This document shows, in pieces, positions 37,069-46,475 of a DNA stretch of 64,000 nt. The DNA lies in assembly GCA_040182905.1 (NCBI GenBank), contig JARQWU010000008.1:1-64000 (forward strand), written 5' to 3'. How positions within the stretch are numbered: position 1 is the stretch's first letter; the number at the start of each line of letters is the position of its first letter. The notes under the pieces are model-generated. The model was not told where the DNA came from. It did no database searches and saw only the letters and a list, made by a program, of their open reading frames with translations. This stretch comes from Barthelona sp. PAP020 (Eukaryota). The position numbers were made by a program, and so were the translations under genes.

Positions 37069-37461
37069 ACAATAATAATAAATGTTTATAAAGACCTTTA
37101 TTGTTCTCGAATAGAGTTTGGGGGTACTTGCAACTGAGTCTTTTTGCGTGGATGGTTCAGAACACTCTTAAAAAAAAAAGAAATACTTTAGGTGTGGATG
37201 GGGCCGGTGTTTAAATAACAGTTTATTTATCTTTTTCCTACTTGCCAATAAATTTTGATTGTTTTTTTATCGGTTTCCTTGATGAATCCTTGTAATTCTT
37301 TGTTAACCTGCTATGCACACTTGCATCCTTATTACCCTGAATCATTTGATTGTTTGCTGTCATTTCACTTTCAATTTTCATATCTATTAATATCAGAAAT
37401 TGCAAGAAGAAATCTTAAACACAATTACATATTGTCTTTAAAGTGAAATCCGTCCGCTTTG
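37069..37461 (-). repeat. Right arm of the diverged ~393-bp inverted repeat
   Basis: Reverse complement aligns colinearly to 36270-36662 with scattered substitutions and small indels. Confidence 0.9.
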
Positions 37462-37932
37462 CTGCGACCACTTTAACAAAGACCTGATTACAGTATACAC
37501 AGGCCAGACATTCAAAAGAATTTGTCAAAGTCTATTTCTTCCCCTCATGTAAATGTCTCAAGAATGTACACATGTGAAACTCAATATTTCTGCTGATCTG
37601 TTCTTTTTGCGAATCACACTCATTAAAAATCTAATGATTCAATGCAATATTTTGAAAAAAATTATCTTTAAAGATAAAACCAGAAATTGAAATCAATTTA
37701 TCAATTTATATTGAAATCTTTGCACTATTTTTTGACTTATCACTCCAAAAAAACGGAAATGAAAAATGTCACAGGATTTTATTTCCTTGCGAATTGTGAT
37801 CATAAAAAAATCTGCTTTGCTATCAAAAATTGACAACATTAAATGAGAAATTTGTCAGAAACTATAGCAATTTGCTGAGAATAAAGCAGAGAAGATACAA
37901 AAAATCACAATCATTTTTCTTTTTCTTGTGAA

Positions 37933-38658
37933 ATGGTTGAGGATATTTTAAGCATGGATCTCCAGTTGACCAAACCAAAAAATTCTATTATCAAGCGAAA
38001 TTTCTTGTTGGCAATTTGTATGTATGGTTTTTTTGCATTATGTTATTTATCAACAAATGTTTTAACGGGTAATCGTGCACAACATTTATTTCTATTCGAT
38101 TTTGAAAAACGAATTCCAATCATTCCTTGGTCCGTGTTGATTTATGATTTTTCTTATATTCAACCCTTGTTTGCTCTTCTTTTTTACATTAAAAAAGACA
38201 AAGAATATATAATTCTCCTGAAGACATTAGCAGCACTCATTGCTTTACATACTATTTGTTTTGTTGTTTACCCCACAACCATGTTAAATTTTAGACCCAA
38301 TCCTTATGAAAATCCAATTATTCAAAAGTCCATTTTTAGAACTGTTTGGTATTTTATGCATATGATGGATGAGCCAACAAATTGTTTTCCTTCTGAACAT
38401 TGTGGGATGGCTGCAATGTTTGCTGCCGCTGTCTTTGTCATTAACAAGAAGTGGGGCCTAATATTCATTGCCACGTCTATTTCTATTATGGTTTCAACCT
38501 TAACTACAAAACAACACTATTTTCTTGATGTTCTTGGAGGTGTATTTATTGCTGCATTGGTTTGTTCAGTTTACATGATTCCTCAATTGCTTAAAATTCG
38601 CAAATTCACTCATAAAGAAATTGAAGAGGCTAAGTTAGTTGCAGGTAAGCAGGAATAA
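37933..38658 (+). CDS. PAP2-superfamily integral membrane phosphatase/phosphotransferase (PAP2_3 / IPC-synthase-like)
   Basis: 241 aa with about 6 hydrophobic helices. Motifs DEPTNCFPSEH (C2-like) and STLTTKQHYFLDVLGG (C3-like HxxxD), plus RIPIIPW near the N-terminus. Confidence 0.8.
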   Translation: MVEDILSMDLQLTKPKNSIIKRNFLLAICMYGFFALCYLSTNVLTGNRAQHLFLFDFEKRIPIIPWSVLIYDFSYIQPLFALLFYIKKDKEYIILLKTLAALIALHTICFVVYPTTMLNFRPNPYENPIIQKSIFRTVWYFMHMMDEPTNCFPSEHCGMAAMFAAAVFVINKKWGLIFIATSISIMVSTLTTKQHYFLDVLGGVFIAALVCSVYMIPQLLKIRKFTHKEIEEAKLVAGKQE

Positions 38659-38839
38659 TGATTTTGTAAATTCCCTTGTTTTTTTGTCTTTTTCAATACT
38701 ACATTTTTGATAATGAAGGTTTGACTCAGTTCTTCAATGGACATTTGATGTCTGAATTCCATTATTATCCCATTTTTATTATTCAGTTTTTCAGAATAAT
38801 TCAGTTTTAAAGCAATTATTATTTCCGATAGCAATTGTT

Positions 38840-40726
38840 ATGACCGTAAGTGTTAACGATATTGAAGTTACAAACATGATTGCTTCCAAAGAAAAGGATG
38901 TCTATGCTCTCTTTACAAAAAAATGGAAAACATCCGATGATAATGTAACAAAACAACATAATCTTCATTTAAATTTTCAAAATGCTTTTAAACTTACAAA
39001 TATTTCCCCATTAACATTGACAATATTTGAGAATTTGTCCCTCCACAAATCTTTGGCTCATTTTTCTACGACACAAACTTCAAAGATTATTGTTGCTGTT
39101 GAATTCTTCAATAAAACTTCTGATCAAAAAGAATTGTTGAAATATTGCATTCCAATGGCACTAAACCATTCATCAGTTCAAAAAGTTTATGGAATTACCG
39201 AAATTGCTGGAAAGGTAGGTGTTGTGATGGAGCATTTTGACATTTGTTTGGAAAAAGAAAAATTGAATCTTTCTTTGATTGATAAATTTAAAATACTTAG
39301 ACACATAGCCTCTACTCTTGACTATTGTCATACTTTTGGTATCGCACATGGGAATTTAAGACCTTCCAACATCTATTTGAGAAAAGTTGAGGATGAGTTT
39401 ATTCCAGTCATTTCCAATTTTGGGTTTATGGAAGACGCTAACGGTTCTTTCATTGTTTCACCCATAAATATTGGTGGGTACGTTGCTCCGGAGATATTTC
39501 TTTCCACGGACGATAACATTGATCGTGCAGCTGCTGATGTTTGGGCATTTATTGTGATGATGATACATATATTTTCAGGCGTTGGTCCTTTTGATGGAAT
39601 TTGTGATGACAGAATATCCTCTGAATTGCGTCAACACAGATTTCCATATTCGGACAGGATGATCAGTTCAATTCATGGTCATGAGATTGCTAAACTTTGT
39701 TTGAATTTCGACCCGAGTAAAAGACCATCGTTTGCCTTTATTACTGATTATTTGCAAATGATTATTGGTATTGTCACAGATCTTCCGTATGTAAAATATA
39801 AAATGGATCGAGTTTTTGTTCCATCTGATTTTGATGTCAGTGGATTTGAACAAAATGGACGGCCAAAGCACATATTTTATGCGGCCGCTTATGGAAATTT
39901 TGAGCTTGTTAAACAATGTATCAAAGCTGGAATAGATGTAAACAAACAAGGCCTAGAAGGGCGTACATCTCTTTTTGCTGCTGTGTTCAATGGAAATAGT
40001 GAAATTGTCGAGTTTTTATTGGATTTTGGTGCTGATGTTAATTTACCGACATTAAGTGGAACAACCCCTTTACTTTTGAGTTGTGAAAGAGGTCATTTTG
40101 ATGTGTTTCTTTTGCTTTTAAAAAATGGAGCAGATATTTTTTGTTGTGATAACAATGGTGCTTCCCCATTGTTTATTAGTTGTCAAAATGGGCATGCTAA
40201 TATTGCAAAAATACTGTTGGATCATAAGGTTGACATCAATCTGTGTATGAATGGTTTTTCCCCTTTGTATGTTAGTTGTCAGGAAAGTCATTTGGATGTT
40301 GCTAAGTTGTTATTAAAACGAGGAGCTGATATCAATTTGTGTGATAATAATGGAGCTTCGCCCTTGTATTTTTGTTGTCAAGAGTGTTTATTTGACATAG
40401 CAAAATTGCTTTTGGATTGTGGGGCTGATATTAATTTACGTACTAATGAGGGTCTGACTCCTCTGTATTACAGTTGCCAGGAAGGCCATTTTGATATGGC
40501 AGAAATGCTTTTGTGTTATGGAGCTGATGTGAATTTAATTAATGTGTATGGCGCATCTCCATTATATATTAGTTGTCAGGAAGGGCATTATGACCTTGTT
40601 AAATTGTTGTTGGCTCATGATGTGGATTTCAATTGCAAAGTTCAAGGAATATATCGACCTATTGATATTGCCACGAATTTGGGTCATTTTTCTATTGTTT
40701 CACTTTTACAGCCTCATTATAACTAG
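38840..40726 (+). CDS. Pseudokinase (TKL-like fold) with C-terminal ankyrin repeats
   Basis: Kinase subdomains are recognisable (VVMEHF, IAHGNLRPSNIYL, ISNFGF, YVAPE, ADVWAF, DPSKRPSF). About 9 ankyrin repeats follow (GxSPLYxxCQEGHxDxxKLLLxxGADIN). Confidence 0.88.
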   Translation: MTVSVNDIEVTNMIASKEKDVYALFTKKWKTSDDNVTKQHNLHLNFQNAFKLTNISPLTLTIFENLSLHKSLAHFSTTQTSKIIVAVEFFNKTSDQKELLKYCIPMALNHSSVQKVYGITEIAGKVGVVMEHFDICLEKEKLNLSLIDKFKILRHIASTLDYCHTFGIAHGNLRPSNIYLRKVEDEFIPVISNFGFMEDANGSFIVSPINIGGYVAPEIFLSTDDNIDRAAADVWAFIVMMIHIFSGVGPFDGICDDRISSELRQHRFPYSDRMISSIHGHEIAKLCLNFDPSKRPSFAFITDYLQMIIGIVTDLPYVKYKMDRVFVPSDFDVSGFEQNGRPKHIFYAAAYGNFELVKQCIKAGIDVNKQGLEGRTSLFAAVFNGNSEIVEFLLDFGADVNLPTLSGTTPLLLSCERGHFDVFLLLLKNGADIFCCDNNGASPLFISCQNGHANIAKILLDHKVDINLCMNGFSPLYVSCQESHLDVAKLLLKRGADINLCDNNGASPLYFCCQECLFDIAKLLLDCGADINLRTNEGLTPLYYSCQEGHFDMAEMLLCYGADVNLINVYGASPLYISCQEGHYDLVKLLLAHDVDFNCKVQGIYRPIDIATNLGHFSIVSLLQPHYN

Positions 40727-40985
40727 TTTATCATTTGGGCATCTTAACCATTTTTGAAAGAATCTGTTTTTATCCACTCATTTCAATGATCTATACTGCA
40801 TTCACTTTATTTTTTATAGTTAATTTGTAAATATTTTTGCATGTTCCTTTTTCAATTTTCTTCTTCAGTTTGGAAATCTTTTTCCATTCTTCATTTTATT
40901 TTATCCTTCATTTAGCTAGGAGAGGAAAAGAGAAAAAAATACGCTGAAAAATCTACAAATTTATAAAAATAACAAACATACAAAA

Positions 40986-41852
40986 TTAAAAAGCTGAATA
41001 ATTATACCCACTGCTGCTACCACTTTGATTCACCTTATTTAAATATTTAATCATCAAAAACACGGGTAAAAATTCACATATAAAGTACCAACAGAAATAA
41101 AAAAGAAAGTAACAACGATAATTGTATGTCCTCAACCATTGTTGCGTTATCATCGTCAAAGGATTCCATTTAAATTCTTGCAAATATACGTTCAAACATC
41201 TTAACAACTGAATGGGCCCAATGAACCACAAATACGCATAAAAATTATTGATTCGTTTCATAGTTAAACGAGTATTCATAGCTTTTTTGGATAGTTGTCT
41301 TTGCAAAACAATTTGCAAAATAAATAATGGTACGGTTGTCACGATGAAAAAAATAGAATTTATAAACCTAACTTTTTCATCTGCTTGTGATGCAGATATA
41401 GCTATTCCAGCTTGAGAACAATAAATGAAAATGGCAACCAGTAGTGCAGCAGCATAAAGAAATGCAGGCAAATAAATTTTTTTAAAATATTCTTCCGAAC
41501 GTATTTGTACCAATAGCAAACATCGTCCTAGAAAACATATTGACAACAAATATAAGATAAATTCAAGATATATTGGAATTTCATATGAAAAAAACCACAT
41601 GAATAATGCAGTATTTGGAGGAACACCAGGCCATAACCATAATACAGAACGATAAAACATGAAAAAAGTGGCATAAATGGCAAAAGAAAACCGAAAAGTT
41701 ATTCTTCTTTGTACTTTAAAATCTTTAATTCCTTCGATTATACTTACAACTCCTAATGACGCATATAAAATGGAAAAAATTAACAACCCAATGGAATTTT
41801 GGGTAAAAATATTAGGAGAGATTAAATCAACATCTCCATCTGCAACAGGCAT
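40986..41852 (-). CDS. Seven-TM protein, GPR137 / TOM1-THH1 (DUF1084)-like
   Basis: About 7 hydrophobic helices; last helix WYFICEFLPVFLMI resembles the ExLP motif of this family. The ATG at 41852 (MPVADGD, 288 aa) is preferred over the track's TTG at 41951. Confidence 0.6.
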   Translation of the reverse strand: MPVADGDVDLISPNIFTQNSIGLLIFSILYASLGVVSIIEGIKDFKVQRRITFRFSFAIYATFFMFYRSVLWLWPGVPPNTALFMWFFSYEIPIYLEFILYLLSICFLGRCLLLVQIRSEEYFKKIYLPAFLYAAALLVAIFIYCSQAGIAISASQADEKVRFINSIFFIVTTVPLFILQIVLQRQLSKKAMNTRLTMKRINNFYAYLWFIGPIQLLRCLNVYLQEFKWNPLTMITQQWLRTYNYRCYFLFYFCWYFICEFLPVFLMIKYLNKVNQSGSSSGYNYSAF

Positions 41853-42319
41853 ATCCTTTTTGTTTTTTAATGAAAGTTTCTTTTCGTGATTAAGAAATAA
41901 AAATAATTCAAGTCCTTTTTGAATGGAAAAGATTCTGATAAATCCCTTCAATTCTTTTTCGTTCTTTCTTTGTGGTACACCTGCAATTACAGATTTTTAG
42001 ATAAATAGGCAACAATTTTCAATATGTTACAAATTTTTTTAGAATGTAATCTTTTGTACTTGTGTTTCTTTGTTTATTTTGTGTTATACGTGATTCAAAC
42101 ATGGGCTTCCAAACTCTTTGTAATATTTTGAGTTTAATATAAATATTAAAAAGCAAATGTAATTTGATGATAAAAAACAACATTCTTTTATGATTTTCTC
42201 TTATGTAAATATTGTATTTTTTTGTTTTCACAGTAAATTACTGATAATTTGTTGGGTGCTTTGAAAATTCAAAGAGAACAAAAATTTGAGTGCCAATTTT
42301 TTTTTTTAAATTAAATACA

Positions 42320-44158
42320 ATGCCTGAATTAACTTTGAAGAGTGTTATCGGATATTCTGGATCAGTGAAAAACGGTTTGATTCAACATCCTAATGGAAAG
42401 TATGTATTTTATCCCTTGGGTTCTAATATCATTAAAAAAACCGGATCCAACAATTTCACATTTTTTAGGGGTCACACAGATGAAGTAACTTGTCTCTCTC
42501 TTTCAAATGATGGTAGATACTTAGCTTCTGGTCAAAGGACAAATTTTGGCTTTCAATCCACCATTATTGTTTGGGATATTGAACAAGAAACCATCTTATT
42601 TCAACATGATCTTCACAAATCAAAAGTTCAAGATCTCAAGTTTTCTTGTGATGATCAATATTTGTATACTCTTGGTGGTGTTGATGACAATTCAATTGGA
42701 TGTTGGAATGCCATGACTGGACAACCCATTGCTTCTCAAGGTTTTGGAACTGAACATATGAATGGTATTCTTATGTTTAATCGTGATCCCACTCGTTTTA
42801 TAACTTATGGTCGTCAAAAGATATTTTTATGGCAATTAGATCCTAATGGACGTCGTTTATTGTCAGAAGATATTAATACAGGAAAGTTCCGTCGTGTTTT
42901 TTCTTGTGGTTTTGTTGAAGAAGATGATAGTGTGTTCTATGTTGGAACTGAATCTGGAGATATCTTTTGTATCAACACATCCACTCGTAGACTGACTCTT
43001 ACTGGTCCCCAAGGAATTGTACTGAATAATGGTATTACAAGTTTGTTGAACTTAAGCAATACCATTTTGTTGGGTTCTGGTATTGGTGAATTGGCTTTGT
43101 TGGTTAAAAGATCTTTTAAACTTGCTCTCAACAAGTTGGTTACTGTAAATGGTGCTATTTCATCTCTCTCAAAGGTGAAAAATACAATATTAGTTGGAAC
43201 CCAATGTTCTAGCATGTATGCTCTCGATTTTAGATCCGTTGTTGATCCAAAGGGAAGGATGGAAGCCGCTTTGTTAACAACAGCCCACACTGATCAGATC
43301 TATGATTTAACTTTTCCCAGAGGCATGTCTAATGTTGTTCTTTCAACTTCCAACGGTTTTTTGCAAGTTTGGAATATCGTTGAATCAACTGAATTGTTAA
43401 GAATTGCCGTTCCCAACCTTATATGTCATTGCGCATGTTTTTCTTACGATGGATCAGCTATTTTAAGCGGTTGGGCAGATGGTGCTATTAGAGCATTCGC
43501 ACCTCAATCTGGAAGTTTATTGTGGGAAATTCCTTCAGCCCATGAAGAAGTTCGTTCTTTGGAAGCACCTTGTGCTGATATGTTCATCACTGGTGGAAAA
43601 GAAGGATCAGTCAGAGTTTGGACATTGACACCTTCAATTCATCGTTTGAAAGTTTCTCTTAAGGCACATTCTGCAGCTGTTAATTCAATTTGTACTAGAA
43701 ACGATTTGGCAGAATGTATCACCTCCTCTGATGATGGTTCTGTAATTATTTGGGATTTAATCAATGGCACACGCAAAAACCAAGTCATGTTATCAACTTA
43801 TTTCAAGACTGCTGTTTATTCAGCAGAGGGTGCTCAAATGTTAACAGGCGGTTCAGATAAAAAGATTGTTTACTGGGATATGTATTCCTGCGACGAATTG
43901 AGAGATTTGGATGGTTGTGATCATCGTTTGGAAAGTAGTTTAGGTGTCAATTCCATTGCTGTTTCACCTGATGATGAGTATTTTGTTTCAGGTGCTGCTG
44001 ATTCAACTGTTAGATTGTTTAACTATGATAGTGGTAAGATGGTTGCTCAAGGTGTTGGTCATTCATCATCTGTCAATGTTGTAAGGTTTTCTCCTGATGG
44101 TAGATATGTTGTTTCTGGTGCTTCTGATGGGTCTTTGTGTATTTGGGAATATAACTGA
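42320..44158 (+). CDS. CFAP52: Cilia- and flagella-associated protein 52 (WDR16), WD40 microtubule inner protein
   Basis: N-terminal LKSVIGYSGSVKNGLIQHPNGKYVFYPLG and internal ELLRIAVPNLICH..FSYDGSAILSGWADGAIRAFAPQSG match recalled CFAP52 sequence; WD40 repeats throughout. First ATG at 42320. Confidence 0.88.
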   Translation: MPELTLKSVIGYSGSVKNGLIQHPNGKYVFYPLGSNIIKKTGSNNFTFFRGHTDEVTCLSLSNDGRYLASGQRTNFGFQSTIIVWDIEQETILFQHDLHKSKVQDLKFSCDDQYLYTLGGVDDNSIGCWNAMTGQPIASQGFGTEHMNGILMFNRDPTRFITYGRQKIFLWQLDPNGRRLLSEDINTGKFRRVFSCGFVEEDDSVFYVGTESGDIFCINTSTRRLTLTGPQGIVLNNGITSLLNLSNTILLGSGIGELALLVKRSFKLALNKLVTVNGAISSLSKVKNTILVGTQCSSMYALDFRSVVDPKGRMEAALLTTAHTDQIYDLTFPRGMSNVVLSTSNGFLQVWNIVESTELLRIAVPNLICHCACFSYDGSAILSGWADGAIRAFAPQSGSLLWEIPSAHEEVRSLEAPCADMFITGGKEGSVRVWTLTPSIHRLKVSLKAHSAAVNSICTRNDLAECITSSDDGSVIIWDLINGTRKNQVMLSTYFKTAVYSAEGAQMLTGGSDKKIVYWDMYSCDELRDLDGCDHRLESSLGVNSIAVSPDDEYFVSGAADSTVRLFNYDSGKMVAQGVGHSSSVNVVRFSPDGRYVVSGASDGSLCIWEYN

Positions 44159-44275
44159 GAAATTTAAAAGATAACTTTGAAAGTTACTTTTTTTTTGATA
44201 ATTTGACCATACCCACATAATAAATTGTTTGTGTAATTTTTTTTTTGATATTTATTTATTTTTAATTGTATATTG

Positions 44276-44728
44276 ATGCTAGATAGAGAAGAATTGATCA
44301 GTTTATTTGATCAATTGATAGATAGAAAGGGAATGAAGGATGCAATTGAGACAATATCATTGAAAAATGATATTTTATCCATTTTGGAGTCAAGTGCAGC
44401 AATCGATTCAGATACAATAAAGAGAATTTCTAATGATTTGCATCGAACTGATATTTTGACGAGAGAATCATTTGAGAATATAGTAAATCAGATTTTTCCA
44501 AAACATAATGAACAATACTTTTGGGCATTTGATTTAATTGATGTAGATCAGAGTGGTGTTATAGATGTGGATAAATTGAGTTCATTTTATCGTGGAATTG
44601 GTGAAACTTTATCAAACAACACAATTATTGGTTTTTGTGAAGATCTTGGTCTTAATCCTCATTCTATTACCAAAGAAGAGTTTACCAATCTATTTATGAA
44701 ACTTGAACAAAAAAAGAACAAATTGTAA
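44276..44728 (+). CDS. Divergent calmodulin/centrin-like EF-hand protein
   Basis: 150 aa. One recognisable EF loop (AFDLIDVDQSGVIDVDKL) followed by IGETLS and ITKEEF; the other hands are degenerate. Confidence 0.7.
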   Translation: MLDREELISLFDQLIDRKGMKDAIETISLKNDILSILESSAAIDSDTIKRISNDLHRTDILTRESFENIVNQIFPKHNEQYFWAFDLIDVDQSGVIDVDKLSSFYRGIGETLSNNTIIGFCEDLGLNPHSITKEEFTNLFMKLEQKKNKL

Positions 44729-45283
44729 ATAAGTTTTTTTGCTGATTTTATTATTTGTTAAGGATGTTAACATGAAGATGCTTTTGTCTCTAAAAAAAAT
44801 GAAAAGGTTATCAAAAGCGACTAAACTTTCATTTCTATTTAATGCACTGGCTATGTTTGTATAAAGGTATAGAACTCAACCTTTAACTCGAAATTTTAAA
44901 TTGAAGATCAATATTCACAAGCAAAACATAATTTAGTGCTTGAACCTCAATAAATTGTGAAAAGCACAACTGGATTAAAACCTTAGGCATGATATACACT
45001 CCCAGAATTGTTTCATAAAAGAGATCATACACTCTTTGTGGGTCTTTGTAATGAATCAATCCAAAACTAATAACACCAACACCAAAGTGACAATTCCAAT
45101 TGGAGGAAACCCACTTTCAATTCTCACCAAAACACATCAACTCTCTGCCTACTGTCAGATCATCCAATTTGCTCATTCAATCCTTTTTGCATAAAAATAG
45201 GTAAACAAATGAATTTTTTTAAACTATTTACGAAAAATGGAGGAAAAGAAATATTATCAAATTATTCTTCAAATAGAAGATTT

Positions 45284-46411
45284 TTAGTGCAAGGGAAGAC
45301 ATGAATTTTCCGAAAACCCACTTTTTAAAGAATCAAATACATGATTTTGCCCTTGACGATGAAGCATTCCAAGGAAACCATTTTGTTTCAGCCAACAACT
45401 AATGTTGACGATTTTTAAGACTAAGAAGTTCTTCAAAGAATCTCTATGGATTCTGAGGCTTTGAGGTTTTATTGATTTGTCAAACTCCGCATCTTTAATG
45501 GAGGTCTTTACAATATAATAATTCTCATCATCTTTATCTTTTGAACAACAAATTACCCCACCAAAATGTTGAGAAACGAAGGTAGAGGGATCAAATTCAG
45601 TTGTATCATCTTCTAAATAACACAACAAAAGTGAATCATTTCCAATGTGTCGTTTTCTTCGCACCTTTTGTTCATCATCACACTCAGGCAAAAATGGTGT
45701 GACATGATACATGATTTGGTGATTATCTTTCGAAGATATTACCGACTTTTCACCAGAAGTATTTGATTCAACATCTAATCCTCCACCATATCCTGTAAAT
45801 CCTTTAAGATCAATAACTTCACCAATCAAATTTAAAAAATCTTCAAAATCTTCAGTAATGTCCTCTTTGTTGTTTCCCAGATATTCTTTTTCTTCTGTTT
45901 GACCACTTTTAATGAATAGCAATCCAACTTTATGATTAAACCAATAGGATTTGGTGGATTTTTCAAATTCAATAAAGACATCGTTAGGTGTCTGTTTTTT
46001 ATGATTAATACCCTTCAATTCAAAAAAATCAATGTTACTTAAATCATCATCAATATTATTCATGCGCAACCAGTGAGATAATATTTCAATGGCATCAGGA
46101 TCATTTCTTAAGCACGCACAAAGTCCATTTTTTGGAATCTCCAATGAATTATAATATTCATGGGTCACAAATAGCTCAGATAATGAATAAACTAAATATT
46201 CATCAAGATGTTTTCCAACATACAATAAATGATGTGATCTAGTTGTTGAAACACCTAAATAGATAGGATTTAATGAATATTTGTTGACTAAATCGGTAAA
46301 TCTTTCATTGAAAGAATCAAAATCATAAATAAATTCTTGACTAATTTCTTCTAAATTTTCAAAATCTTCAAATTCTTCTTGAGAAGGCCAATATTTTGAA
46401 GAAATTAGCAT
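45284..46411 (-). CDS. Rap GTPase-activating protein (RapGAP domain)
   Basis: HKVGLLFIKSGQTEE, FEDFLNLIG, LKGFTGYGGGLD, IMYHVTPFLP and KRHIGND with the catalytic Asn thumb. ATG 46411 is preferred because the upstream ATG at 46477 overlaps the NOC3 start codon. Confidence 0.88.
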   Translation of the reverse strand: MLISSKYWPSQEEFEDFENLEEISQEFIYDFDSFNERFTDLVNKYSLNPIYLGVSTTRSHHLLYVGKHLDEYLVYSLSELFVTHEYYNSLEIPKNGLCACLRNDPDAIEILSHWLRMNNIDDDLSNIDFFELKGINHKKQTPNDVFIEFEKSTKSYWFNHKVGLLFIKSGQTEEKEYLGNNKEDITEDFEDFLNLIGEVIDLKGFTGYGGGLDVESNTSGEKSVISSKDNHQIMYHVTPFLPECDDEQKVRRKRHIGNDSLLLCYLEDDTTEFDPSTFVSQHFGGVICCSKDKDDENYYIVKTSIKDAEFDKSIKPQSLRIHRDSLKNFLVLKIVNISCWLKQNGFLGMLHRQGQNHVFDSLKSGFSENSCLPLH

Positions 46412-46475
46412 TGGTTGGGGTTTGAAAAAAAGGAAAAATTTGTATCCAAAAGAAACAAATTTTATTTGTTCTGTC
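46412..46475. promoter_or_regulatory. Putative very compact bidirectional promoter between RapGAP and NOC3
   Basis: Only 64 bp separate the preferred divergent ATGs (46411 minus, 46476 plus). Confidence 0.45.

Noticed and set aside
36270..37461. CRISPR array or autonomous transposon interpretation of the repeats
   Set aside because: No short regularly spaced repeats with spacers, no cas genes, no transposase ORF; the frames I translated across the left arm contain stops.
37662..37699. Palindromes ttatctttaaagataa and aaattga-aa-tcaattt upstream of the PAP2 gene
   Set aside because: Almost pure A/T, so plausible by chance, and not seen upstream of other genes.
44773..44835. Possible SECIS-like hairpin (atga...gcttttg...caaaagcga) after the EF-hand gene
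   Set aside because: The helix does not stack directly on the putative GA quartet and the upstream gene has no in-frame TGA.
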